64,000 bases of DNA from Lingula anatina (Eukaryota > Animalia > Brachiopoda), in contig CM120646.1 of the NCBI GenBank assembly GCA_051362555.1, forward strand, positions 17,422,001 through 17,486,000, written 5' to 3'. Positions 39,155-51,700 of the stretch are shown here, piece by piece. Position 1 is the stretch's first letter. Every line of letters begins with the position of its first letter. A program made the position numbers and the translations under genes. The notes below the pieces were generated by a model that saw only the letters and a program-made list of their open reading frames with translations, did not search any database and was not told where the DNA came from.

Positions 39155-40062
39155 CAGGCCCGTAGCCGAGGAGGGAGGGGGCTCAGGGGGTTCGAAAGAA
39201 CCGCCCCTTTTGTAAGGAAAAGGTCCAAACAACTGCACATGCGCGAAAAGTACACTGTCTGAAATAAACAAATGGTGAAATTGACAAAGCCTGTCGGTGT
39301 TTACCGTCTGGTTGATTTGATTTAATTTGCTTTCTGGTGTTGTTTTGAGAAATTATATTAAAAATATTCTGTTGATTGTATGTATTAAAAAGCAAACCCA
39401 TCGGACTTTCCTTAGATTTACATTTATTTTGCCTTCATTGTAAGGGGATTCCCTTCGCATTTATAGCGTTGTATGTGGCCCCAAAGGGATTTTCCACCCC
39501 TCCCCCTCTCTTGATAAATAAAATTCTTCATGGGGCAGATTGAAAATTATATTGCAAAATACATTTAAAATCGTAGAAAGGTTAATTGCAGGTGATGTTG
39601 CGAAGATATTCTAAACGTGGGGCGAACTCGGCCAACATAAAATGTTTTCCTTCGTCTTCCGATTTTGGAGCGCCCGTTCTAATTTTTGAAAGCGAGGCAA
39701 CGGAACCAAACAATATGGTACAATTTGTAATCTCGTAAAAATTGATATTTTTAAATAAAGGTCATAGCAGGGCGTACACCAAAAAGCGACTCGTTTACTG
39801 TTGTGATGTATAATAATAATTAATATAAAAGGTACGATATATTAGGTTCTTAACGTCGATCTATTTATTAGCTCAATTAATTTTTTAAGTATTTGGAGAT
39901 TAAAAACACAAAAGCTGTCTGGTTTCATATCGAGGCACCACGTATTGTTCGTGTGCTTCCATTTTTGGTAAATTTTGATCTAGGTACACATAAGTTTCAT
40001 TGTAAAAGGTTCACTTTTTCAGAAAAAGAACCCCCCTTTTGAATTTGCTGGCTACGGGTCTG
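39155..40062 (+). mobile_element. 908-bp non-autonomous DNA transposon, CAGGCCCGTAGCC TIRs, 5-bp TSD
   Basis: CTTTT|CAGGCCCGTAGCC...GGCTACGGGTCTG|CTTTT; subterminal sequences match 60573-60738 in reverse orientation. Confidence 0.85.
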
Positions 40063-40527
40063 CTTTTTTTCTTTCTTGGCTGAATAGAACCATAATGCAT
40101 TTTCGAAAAGCTTAATCTTTTTCGCAGTATGCATTGAAAGTGCACAATTAAGCAAAATTAGGCAATCCAAACACAGAGAAGTGTTAGAGACTACGGTAGA
40201 CTTCTGATCAACAGAATTGAAAATGTCCAGCGCGATTTTCGTGACAATTGGTGAGATGATTTAGCGTGTAGGCCTATGTGTCATATCCTGTAAAAGGAAA
40301 AGATAGCATAATGAAATCAAATAAAACGGAAAGATACTGAAATACTTATAATCAAATACACTTACGACTACATTAGGTGCTAATGTACAGAGGGATGGCA
40401 AAAATATTGTACCATCTGTGTGAATAGTGAGCTCTGTGACATGGGGGACCCGTGCGTAAAAAGTGATTCTCTGTCGATGTTGGAAATTTTCAGAGAGATG
40501 TAGCAATTTAAACATTTGGTTCTAACC

Positions 40528-40528
<1 letters not shown>

Positions 40529-40606
<78 letters not shown>
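40529..40606 (+). repeat. (TA)n microsatellite
   Basis: Direct reading. Confidence 0.97.
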
Positions 40607-40610
<4 letters not shown>

Positions 40611-41368
40611 CTTGACATTTAATATGGAATATTTCAGTTTCGAAGGTATACCTGGGTAAAAATACGTTCTTTTTTCAAAAAACTCCGATTTCATATAAGA
40701 TTTGTGAATGTAAAAGTATGCAGTCATGTGTGTCACTACCAATTAACTGACTTTCATGCATGTTGCGCTGCTACACTATGTAATTTGCAGTGATTTAATT
40801 GGGTAGTGTTCCCTTGGGCTGATCAAAGCTTGGCTTAGGCAAAGCTTGGTTCTGTCAAAAAAGTATCCATATTTCAGCAACTACTGCATAGAAAAATTTG
40901 AAATTTTGCATGCAAGCGGCCAGTTTTGCAGTGCGTAAGATGAGCCAAGAAGTGCATTACAAATTTGTTAATCTAAGGCAGAATGGCGCGAAAAAGACAG
41001 ACATCACCAGACAGATCATAGCGCCAAACGGAACGGTCCCCACAGTTTTATAGAGTAATGCCCAGACTGATGTACCTACACAGAGGTCACCCCCAATGTA
41101 TTAAAATTTTACCTACAGGGTACAGGACCCACTGTCTTTCGGGATACGCTGCTGCAACTAAACAAAAAACACTTAGTCCGTTCAGAACGAGGGGTAAATT
41201 GCCACTAAAATGCGTTTTTCAAAGCCCTTAGCGAACACCAAACTGGTTTTAGCAGGTAAGAACACCTAATGACCTCCGAGGTACCCACTGTATACAGCAA
41301 AACATCGTCGTCTGTTTCTCTAATGAATTGGGGGCCATGAACGATTCTGGGTAGAACACTGAAACTGC

Positions 41369-41960
41369 GTGGCTTTCTTTATTGAGGTCAGATTTCACCT
41401 GTAACGCCCAATTAGTCAAAATAGAGTTTATAGATATCCAGAAGAGGCCTACGTCGAAGCATATGCCGGGCCTAAAGTGACAAGGGTGATTGACAGCGTC
41501 AGTATTTGGAGTAGATTCCACATTGGTGCCAAAACACCAATGGTAGTCATCGACGAAAACCTGAACCAGATCAAATAAAGGGATAATCTCGGAGCCACTT
41601 GACTATCATTTGATAGGGGGCACCTTAGGAACAATTCTAGGTTGCACGATGAGGTTGCAGGTTCACACAGAGCACTTTTAATAGCAGATAACTTACAGAA
41701 CCAAGGGGATGAGCAGCTACAATGGTCATCAAAATCGCCACATTTGAACCACATAGACAATATTTCGGTAGACCATTACTCACCAATCAACTGCCTACAT
41801 GTCCTACAACAAAACTGGACCAGATTGGACAATTTCAGACCGATGCCTAGAATGCTATTCCAGATTGAACTCTAAAAACCTACCCTCAAGAAATGCCTTG
41901 CCGCTTGAGAGCGCTGGCAACAGCCACGAAGAGGCCAGGCGTAACAACGACCATTACTGT
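41369..41960 (+). pseudogene. Decayed Tc1-family DDE transposase
   Basis: One frame from 41369 reads VAFFIEVRFHL*...RVYRYPEEAY...SVSIWSRFHIGAKTPMVVIDENLNQIK*RDNL...LHDEVAGSHRA...LQWSSKSPHLNHIDNI, matching the Tc1 motifs VLFSDESRF, RVWRRPGERY, SVMVWG, QHDNARPH and WPSKSPDLNPIE, with three in-frame stops. Confidence 0.82.
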
Positions 41961-42263
41961 GACTAGCAACTGACATGAGGGTCTTTTGTGGAGCGTATTA
42001 CCCTTTTACAGACGATAATTTGGAAACTATGGAGATCCAAAATATCTCTTATAATGGGAGTCGTATGACATAGAATAGGCAATGTGTTTTTGTTTGTTTC
42101 TCTGGCGAATTCCATTAATGAACTGATGTCACAATGACATCAAATAGATAATTTAAAGTTATTAAAACACGATTTTAATCCTTATTTTCATTTATCAGTC
42201 CGCAAAATAGGAAAAAAAAATAAAAAATTATTTCGAAAAAAATATTCCATATTAAATGTCAAG

Positions 42264-42267
<4 letters not shown>

Positions 42268-42352
<85 letters not shown>
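42268..42352 (+). repeat. (TA)n microsatellite
   Basis: Direct reading. Confidence 0.97.
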
Positions 42353-42355
<3 letters not shown>

Positions 42356-42916
42356 ATTTCATTTTATTTTTCTGCCTACAACTCTGCAATAAATATGCTG
42401 ATTATATATATTTTATATTAAGTGTGCATTTGGAATAAGTACCCCCGGTACTGCCACTGCATGTCTCTGTCTCTCTCTATCCTTCCGCTCATCATGATCC
42501 TAGTAATATATTGAAGTGATCATACCTATAAATATACACATAAATGCTATATTTTAGTATAATTTTAAGAAGTATTGTGATACATTATCACCTCTTTAAC
42601 ACCTGAAAGTTGATGCCTTAAATACGCGCAATTTTCGTGAAAAAATATGTTTTTGTCATATAAATGTCCAAAGCTCTATGTCTGCCTTTAATGAAGCCAA
42701 TTCGATTACCACATGGGATGGTAATTATGAGTAGTCTATCAACTTCGGAGAAATCTCCCAAGATAAAGGAATAGGAAAACGCAGACACATTACAGTTGTA
42801 CCTACACGCTGGAGAGGCATTCTTGAGGGCATGGGATAAATTCAAACGTGAAGATGATAAACCGCTTAAAAGAGAGAATGAGAGAGCTGGTGGGGGGAGA
42901 GAGAGAGAGAGAGCGC

Positions 42917-42930
42917 GTTGCCATGTTAAC
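42917..42930. promoter_or_regulatory. Candidate RFX X-box upstream of PDE9
   Basis: GTTGCCATGTTAAC, close to consensus GTYNCCATGGNAAC; motif match only. Confidence 0.35.
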
Positions 42931-45790
42931 GTTATTGACGTTTTGCTGGTCTGCCTTAGGTGTCAGCAGGACAAAAGTGACTAATTTACTTAGTCACTCT
43001 GACTAGCAAGCTATTTATCTTGAACGATGTGCTAACTTCAATTCAAAGCTTACCGTCTTTAATGTCTGGTTTTTATTAAAGGGATTGAATTAAAAAACGA
43101 CGAACAAAGCTGAAAATGATATTTCTGATAATAATAACACATTCCTTTAACAAGAGGGATATGTAATAATTTTCTACCAAGAAGACGCAATAACAATCGA
43201 TACGTAATGACAGACAATTGCGCAGCTATTTTTTCAGTATTTTGCACCCATTGGTAAAGCAATTAAGTCTTCTCAAGGCTTTTGTTTCCCATTATTGGGA
43301 TTAACCTTTGTGTTGTCGCACGATCTTTCTTTTCGCCTGTAATATAACCAGACAAATGCTCTTTCATTGTCTTCTATGGACTATCTTTTGATTTGATAGA
43401 TAAATGAGTATTCTTCGTTTACTTTAATTAGATTGGCTGGCGTCTCCAGTATATTTGCGTATTCTCCAGTTTGCCAAAGAGAAAAGGATTTGCAAAACCC
43501 GCTATTGTATGTGGTGAACCTAGAACATCCAGAACACGTTCTACCGTATATATACAGGTATAGTAGTTACATTTAACTTAATACTGACTGTCTTATGAAC
43601 TAATGAAATCGATGAGTGCAAAGAAAAAAGTGGAGGCTTTGCTTCATTTGTAGCCTATACGGTTTCCACCGAAGACTCTGCGACATAATTTAATACAAAA
43701 CTTAACAGAGGATTTCCTAAAAGTACCGGTTCAATCAAGGTGGACATTACGGGAAGGCTCAAATTTTTGTGCAAGGCGATACGGGGTATTATACCATTTC
43801 AGTATTAATGCAAAAATATATGGGGACTAGTATTGACCAGAAATAGATGGAATGACGTCAACATGTGGTTACTTCGCATATTTACTCTCTGTACCCCGGA
43901 TATGAAATAATTTTCTATCTTGTTCAATCCCATGTTTTGGTATTCATGATAATTTGTTCATATTGTGACTCAATTTATCTGTTTCCGTTATAAGTTAGAC
44001 TTGCTGTGAACATGTCCGCAGCCTGTGCACCTTTTTTTTCTAGTATCATCCTGCCAGAGATCCTTGGAGTGTCTATTAACGAGAAAAATATGCTGTTACG
44101 ATTGGTCTTGTTTGCCCAGTAATGAGGTCGTTTCATAATAATCTTGAAAGAGGTTGTATAAAGCCAGGGTAATGATGCAATATACATCATTTAATGAGAA
44201 AATAACTGATAATAAGATAAGGCGTTTTATAATCTTACCGGAGTAAGAATTTCCTTTAAGAGATATTTTTTCAAGATTTTTTTCAAAGGACCTCCAGATG
44301 GACGGTGTTTTTTTCTGTATTAAACTGAAGTCAGGGCAGTACTGTTTGTGTACCAAGTGTTTTGCTTCTGCGAATGAGCATTTTCAAATGAAAAAAAAAA
44401 TAATAATAAAGATAATAATAACTCGGATCGCTCTACCATCTCATTTTCCTGATGTTAATTTTACCGGTAAATTTATATACTTTCGTAAAGCAACGTGGCA
44501 CCATCTCCTATAGAGAAACGTTTCGAGTGCGACGAATAACTTGTCAAATTGGTGATGCCATCATGTGTAGAGGATAAGAGGCAGCGCGGTAGCTGATTTG
44601 ACCAACCAACAAGGGCCAAGTATTTGTCTGCCAGACAGGCCGGGAAGTTGGCATTAAGAACAACGTACCAAACAATTCGCGATTCATGAGTTTAAGTTGT
44701 TGGTGACGTCATGTCACAGTGGTGATAATGGTGGTACAAGGTAAATATGCTTATAGGTATTCATTGTCGTAACAGCGAAGACGTGCGCATGGGGTAATTG
44801 GTACGGTGGCTCAAAAACAATTTATTGATAAAGGCAAATTACGGAAAGAATTGCCAGCAACTGACCATAAATGAAAAAGAGGATTTTCAAGTAAATACAA
44901 GCCAGGTATTTTTCTTACATAGATTTTATTGATATCAGATTATTTGCGTTTATTGTTAGCAACACTTGGAGTTCAAGCAAAATGTTTGTTCTTAACAGCT
45001 TCAGAAAAAGAAGTTCTATATGTCATTTGGTTTCAATTTCACTCAAATATCATCAGTACTTCGGCACGTCTTATATATGCCATTAGTGTAATTAACCAAG
45101 AACTTATACATTTCCCTTGTTTTTCAGGTTGCCACAACACAACAGGTTGACAGCGAGAATGAAATCGGTATGACGCCTATGGTCGATCGATAACATTAGC
45201 CTCGACGTGAAACCAAAACGAGACAATTTGTATGTGACATTAACAGAGTGGCTGGCCGCCGATATATCTAGCTGCATTTCGCTGTTAACGACCATAGTCA
45301 CTCTCGGCTTCATAAGGAGACGCAGCCCACATACTAAGCTGCAGATTGTATTAATCGTGGGGGCCTTCAGGTGAAACAGTGGTGAAACACTTGAAGGAAA
45401 TTTATGAATGGAACCACAAAACGTTGAGGTGCGTACGGAGTGAAACAGGCGAGTATTCAACCCACTTGGCGTTTGGGCGTTGGGGTGTACGTAGGTTCCA
45501 TTGCTTGTCTTGTCAGCTACACCTGGGGAAGATAAAAAAGCAGAGGGTTGTCAAGATTGCAACGAATGTTGGCCTTGCACTAGAGGCTTATGCCTGCCGT
45601 GGGCAATTGACCTGTGTCCTGATTAATACCAAGACAGACGATATAGCTATGGACAAAATGGAGGAGATTATTGAACTGCTGTCTTTTTAAAGCGTTAATG
45701 AAGACTGGACTGAACGGTGATAATATATTAGACGCAGCGCGAACGTTACGAATCACGCAATAGAAGACAGATATCAACAGGAGCACAGAA

Positions 45791-48700
45791 ATGGGTAACG
45801 GCGGATCGGTGGAATCGTCGAAGATAATACATATCAAAGTGAACGATAAACATGAAAAGGTAAGTAATCTCTTGGGGCTAAATTCTCTTAAAGTTTGAAA
45901 ATCATAATCATATCACGAGAAAGTAATGTCATCACTTTGCTCTTTACCACCAAGATATACCACATTCAAAACCGTTCCCGGAATTATGTTCCAAAAGTGC
46001 CTTTTTGAGTTTTAAGTTTTTGTCTTTTAAATACCTTTCGCTATGGAGAAGGATGTTGGCAAATTTCTCCCTTGACGGTAAAATTGTGTAATTCTGAACT
46101 AAAAAACGGCTTTAAAGAGATAGTAAATGTCTCAATTGTTTTGGGAACCTTAGCAACAGAAGGGTTTAAAGAGATAGTAAATGCCTCAACTGTTTTGGGA
46201 ACCTCAGCACCAGAAGGAAAATAGTTGAAATTTTGTGGAAAATATGTTGTTGTCATGTGAATGTGCAACGCAGGGGGTGGTAACTATGTACTGCTACTCG
46301 ACACCAGAAAAATACGCGTCGAGAAAGTTACAGGCGTATGTTAACACTGGAGTGGTTTTAGGGGATATGGAAAATATTAAAGACTTAAGATCACATTAAT
46401 ATCACATTTTGATTCTTAAAAGATCACGTTACAAGTAAATACTGACTGAAAATACTAGAGAGGATAGACTGTTACTTTAATCCTTTGGTCGTTATCCCTG
46501 AAGGTAGCCAACATGTGATCAATGTTCTTTGAACAGCGTTATTGGCGTTGAGTGGCGTCCTATGCCTGTGGGTCTGGCTAGTAATATGATGCATTTACAA
46601 GAGCTATTTTCGCCTGTCCTGGAGTAGCAACGAGTTTTATCACAGTAGCCATGTTGGGGTAAATTCCTCGCTGGCGCAAAATACAAAGAAGGGGGGTTAG
46701 CCGATCAAACAAACAGTACACAAAAATATTTCCTAGAAAAATTTAAAATTTCATTCGCGTTGAACACATGCAAAGCCGTTATTTGCTGTCATGATTCTTT
46801 TAACTTAATCTCCCATGTTGGTTTTTGCAACTAATATTGCGACGGTGTCTTTAGAATCGCATTTATAACAATCATAAATTCCATTTTGATTATTGATCAC
46901 ATATACTCGAGTGCGACTGATTTTTTACCGTTCAACCCCTGAGATAATGCAAATGAGCGTGAATGCTGGATCAAAAGAAAAACGTTCTGACAGCAAGAAT
47001 GAAATTATTTTTCTTTCTCTTTTGTGGTATTCAGAAAGCCTTCTTTGATATTCAAAATGCTAAGAGCGACTGTATATTTATGCGCACAGTGAATACCTGT
47101 CATTAGGTTTGACATTTATGTGGTTTAAACTGTATAACCAGAAAGGGCATGTTGTCATATGAGTATACTCCAGCGGTTTGTTTTATCAAACATTAATATA
47201 TACCGTGGGAACGGTATGCTTTTAATTTCCGTAAAATGCATAGTTTTGTAATTGGTCGTCGTTACCTACAGTTATTCTATATACATCATCGTTGCGATCC
47301 TGTTATCCTACCTATATCCTACCTAGAGTCTGAACAAACGGACTTTGGCACATTGGTACATTGGTACTCTGACCCAGTAATCCTGATTGAAATGGACATT
47401 ACTTAGTTGAGCTGAATGCAATTAATCCTGATCCAAAGTCGATGGGATTCCGAGTACTTAATGTTCATGTTAATTCAGATTGACAGGCATTTCGGCTAAT
47501 ATTGATTATTGATCGGCATGTCTGCCATTGTTTAGATCAATTAACATCCAATAATCGTTTCATTTTAAGTTTTTAACCAATCTAGCGGCTGCCACAAATA
47601 ATTGGCTCTAACTCCCGTTGATGGCGGCTAGATCAAAGCACGTTTTTTAGAGCTTGGTTGGGCGAAGTGGCAGTAACTAATTCAAGTTCCCATGTGAAAT
47701 TTTATGTAAACATACTCTCGGGAGCTGAAAGGACAGAGGAAATTTGATTTATTTCCAGACCTTGTAGTTACCTAAAAATGTTTCATCGCTATAGAATCAA
47801 AATCTTTTTGCATTAATTTTAAGTATGACATTTTTAAAGTTTGTTTTGGTCCTATAAAAAAAATCGAAGTCAGAATATTGTAATTTTCAAGCTTATATAA
47901 ACTTGTAATTATCGACAATATGGATATAATACGACGAGCCTCTGATTGACCCATTACTTTGAGCAAATCGTGTCAGTTGTGTGGAGAGCAAATGAAAAAA
48001 ACGATAATAGGCCTTCGTTTGTGCCCTGCGGTGAGAACTAACAGAATATTAGACAATAAAACGGTATCAGTTTCCATGGAATTCCACATTAAAACACGCT
48101 TTAATCTATCAACCAGACCATGTACAAACGAAATCTCATTGTCTACTTGATGGCGCCCAAGTTACGGATCGCCTCATCTGCTGTTAGGAAATTAATAAAT
48201 GGCAATACCATAAAACATGAAAGCAGTGACTTAAGTATACACCATTATGATTCGCGAACAATAACATAGCGGTTGGAAATCTACCGAAGAGAAGGAAAAG
48301 TGTTTTATTAATTTCCTGTAAATGACAGACATGTATACTTGCCATGGGCTTGCAGTGTCTTGCAGAATCAAGTTAAAAGTTCATCAGTCGTATCCGCACA
48401 TAAGTACCCACGGGATCAATGCGATATGTGCTTTCCTAAATATGGGATTTGCCAGAGGTCTCTATATTCATTACTCTTGATATCATGTATTAATAAAGAA
48501 AATTACGCGTGTAGCATATACGTCAAAGTGAGACGCTTGCTCTTTCGTTCATCGAACGCTTTTTAGTATGCTTATGCAGAGACTACAATGACCAGCGCGC
48601 CCAGAATGACACGATGGATTAAATTTTTATTTTTTTGCTCCAATGTTTTGCCATATCCCACTTATTCTTTAACTCTCTGCACAGTTGTGTTTGGTTGCCA

Positions 48701-51700
48701 TGGAGACGTATTTTTGTCAGATTTCTTAATCCAACTATCAACAGTAACTAAGCTCATTAGTGATTTGGCGGGTTTCGTGACTCATTGCACCATTATTAGT
48801 GTGAAGCTATGGAACGTGCTCTATATCGAATCACGATCCTGTTATCTGCTATTCTGACAAACAAACGGAAAGGAAAAGGTGTTACACAGGAAATGTACAA
48901 GATGCGTACATTTATTTTCCACCAAGTTTATGGAGATATGCAATGATATACGTGTATCCCCAAAATGGTTCCTTGTGAACATTGGTGTTTTATAGATGCT
49001 AAACGCCTTGTGGTTGACATTTCTAACAATCTCTCTCTCTCTCTCTTCGGAGAGATTTGTTATAATATATGCAGGACAAGGGATATCTGCAACGTATTGC
49101 ACCACAGTATTTCCAAGAGTGCAGAAATGCCTTTAACTGATATGCCACTTGAGGTCGCACCTGTTAGCACTTGTGCGGGCATGATAAAGGCAATATGATT
49201 GATATAATGTACTTAGTATAATGTATCACAAAGGACGTTTAATTTGATTTGCGTTCTATTTCAGATTGTCTTCGGTCGTAATTGTAGTTCGCGAGATCTA
49301 CGGGAGTTACTCGCTCATGCAGCTGGAGTGAGCAGGTGATTAATTTATACAATATACAATATTAATTATATACTGAAAGCTGCTTGTATATGCTTTATGG
49401 GTAGTATCCGGCTTCACAGTACAGCGCAAAATGCCAACAGCTATGAATACAACACATATTGCAACGAAATCCAAATATCATTAACATGAATTTATTATAT
49501 ACAGTAATCAAAACTTTAAAACCTGCTTAATGAATGCTTCATACTTCATATTAGTAGAATAAAGCGTAGCAATTAACACATGCGCACTGGTTCCGCAAGC
49601 ACCTTGTTCCTCATCCTGATAATATATGAAGAGCGTTTTTCATTTTTAGTAAGGTAAATCATGATCACTAGGATAAATTAGCTGTCATATTTTATGTTCA
49701 GAGAAATAATTTTGTATCCCATGGCATCATTTTTACACCTTGATTCACCCCTGAGTACTTGCACGTAACAAATAGACATCGTATTCGCTCTAATACACAT
49801 GTATGTCATCATTGATCAACGTGCATATTCAATCCTCCAAATACTGTCTGCTCCGTCTCTTTAGATGGACTTAAAATCCGTTGCTCGCTAGTGAAGACTT
49901 ATATCCATTATTTACCTGTTATTTCACTGTTATATTGCAGGTTATCAGAGATCGTCCTCAAGGACCAGAGCGGGGCCTTGGTGACCGTGGCCCCGAGTAT
50001 GCCCAATAATGACGCACAGTAAGAGACATTGACCAGGCCTCCGTAACTCGAAAGCATCGCGAATTGCGATCGAGCGCAAGCGTCTCTATTCTATAACTCG
50101 GGATTTAATCGTCCCATATAATAGCCTCGAAATAAAAGGTGATATCGCTATTCGCAATTCGCGATGCTTTCGTGTTACGAAGGCTCAGATCTGTAACCTT
50201 CATTAAATGAAACAGATTCACTGTATCCGATGCGTCTTGGTTGGGATGGGTAGCATAAATTATACACATATGAAAATAGTTAGGCACGTGTCTTATAAAT
50301 TAGGAAATAGCACAAGGGATGGCAATACATATAATTTAGATGCACTTGTCATCTGCGTTATCCTTGCCTACCATAAAAACAGTATGCATGTTCAATAAAA
50401 ATGTCACATCCTATGAAACAGCAACCTAATGAAATAGGACTGCATCCGGAGCAGCTGCTGATGTGATAATCTGTGGAATGAATATTAGGTTATACAAACG
50501 ATCTTTCAATCCCTGTGCCAACGCGACCAATATATGTATATATATTTAATATAAAAGTTAAGTATATGATAAACCGTTTTCATTTCAGAACCCCCTACAA
50601 TGTGATCGTGGAGAGAGAGGTACCCCTACCTACAGGTAATGTATGTTTTCAGTTGACAAACCTAGAGCCGTTTTACCCAAAAGAGCTACGGCGGTACAAC
50701 GTTTCTCTTTAATCAAAGTCCAGGTGCCAGTTTTTCAAAAAACTTAGGTTAGTTCCTCGGCTTAGTTGACTAGGTTTTCCGTGAGAGTGCTGTTACACTG
50801 CTCCTGATAGGGTAATATGTGCCCATGTGACGATGTAACCTTGGTAATTTAGTTCTTAGCCAGGGAACCTGACTTAAGTTTTTTTTTTTTTTTTTTTTTT
50901 TTTGTGAAACCGGGGCCAGGTTTATTGTCCACTTTGACACCAGGTAAATCAGAAGTAAAAGTAGTTCTTAAGTGAGAAAATTCAGCCTCTTTTGTATTAT
51001 AATGATAGTTAATGAATATTTTAAAATGGACTTCTGCAGGTGTGTAAAGGCCATGTGTTTCTGTCTAAATTCACGAATTATTCTAGATTAAAGAAGTTTT
51101 CTTTTGCTAAAGTTTTCCACTTTCTTTTTCTGGAAACGGAACCTTTTGTTTTCTTTTGGTATCTTAAAGATAGGCCCAGTTTTCCACTTTCTTTTTCTGG
51201 AAACGGAACCTTGTCATTTAAGTAGTGAAGCACAGCAACAGTGAATTAAATTTCAGTTCTAGCTCGTTCACCAAAAGCCGTTAGTCAGTTAGACGGTTTC
51301 AGCTAGACCGACTAAGACTCTTAGCCAACCTCGACTCAGGGACATGTTTTGTAAAGAACTTTCAAGTTAGGTCAATATATTTTTTTTCATTGTTTTTTTA
51401 TAGACATTATTCAACAATTCAAGAACAAAAACGTACAATCCCAATGGGCTTAGAAACTTATAGGCCTATATTAACTTAAATATTCAAAAGGGAAATGTCA
51501 CCAACAAAAGTGATACTTTTTGTTTCCTGTCAGTGGGAACTCCCCAAAACGCCTCAATTCCAAGCAGACTGTTTCCATGCAAAATAAATTATTTATTGTG
51601 AAATAGATAGATTATTTATTGCGTCTTGTACAAAGTGGTGAAATATTGGAAAATTGCTTCTGTGGATATGAAATGTGTGTCACGAATCAGTGAAAAGCCA

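Noticed and set aside
38542-42438. ORFs containing (YI)n runs
   Set aside because: Translations of (TA)n microsatellites.
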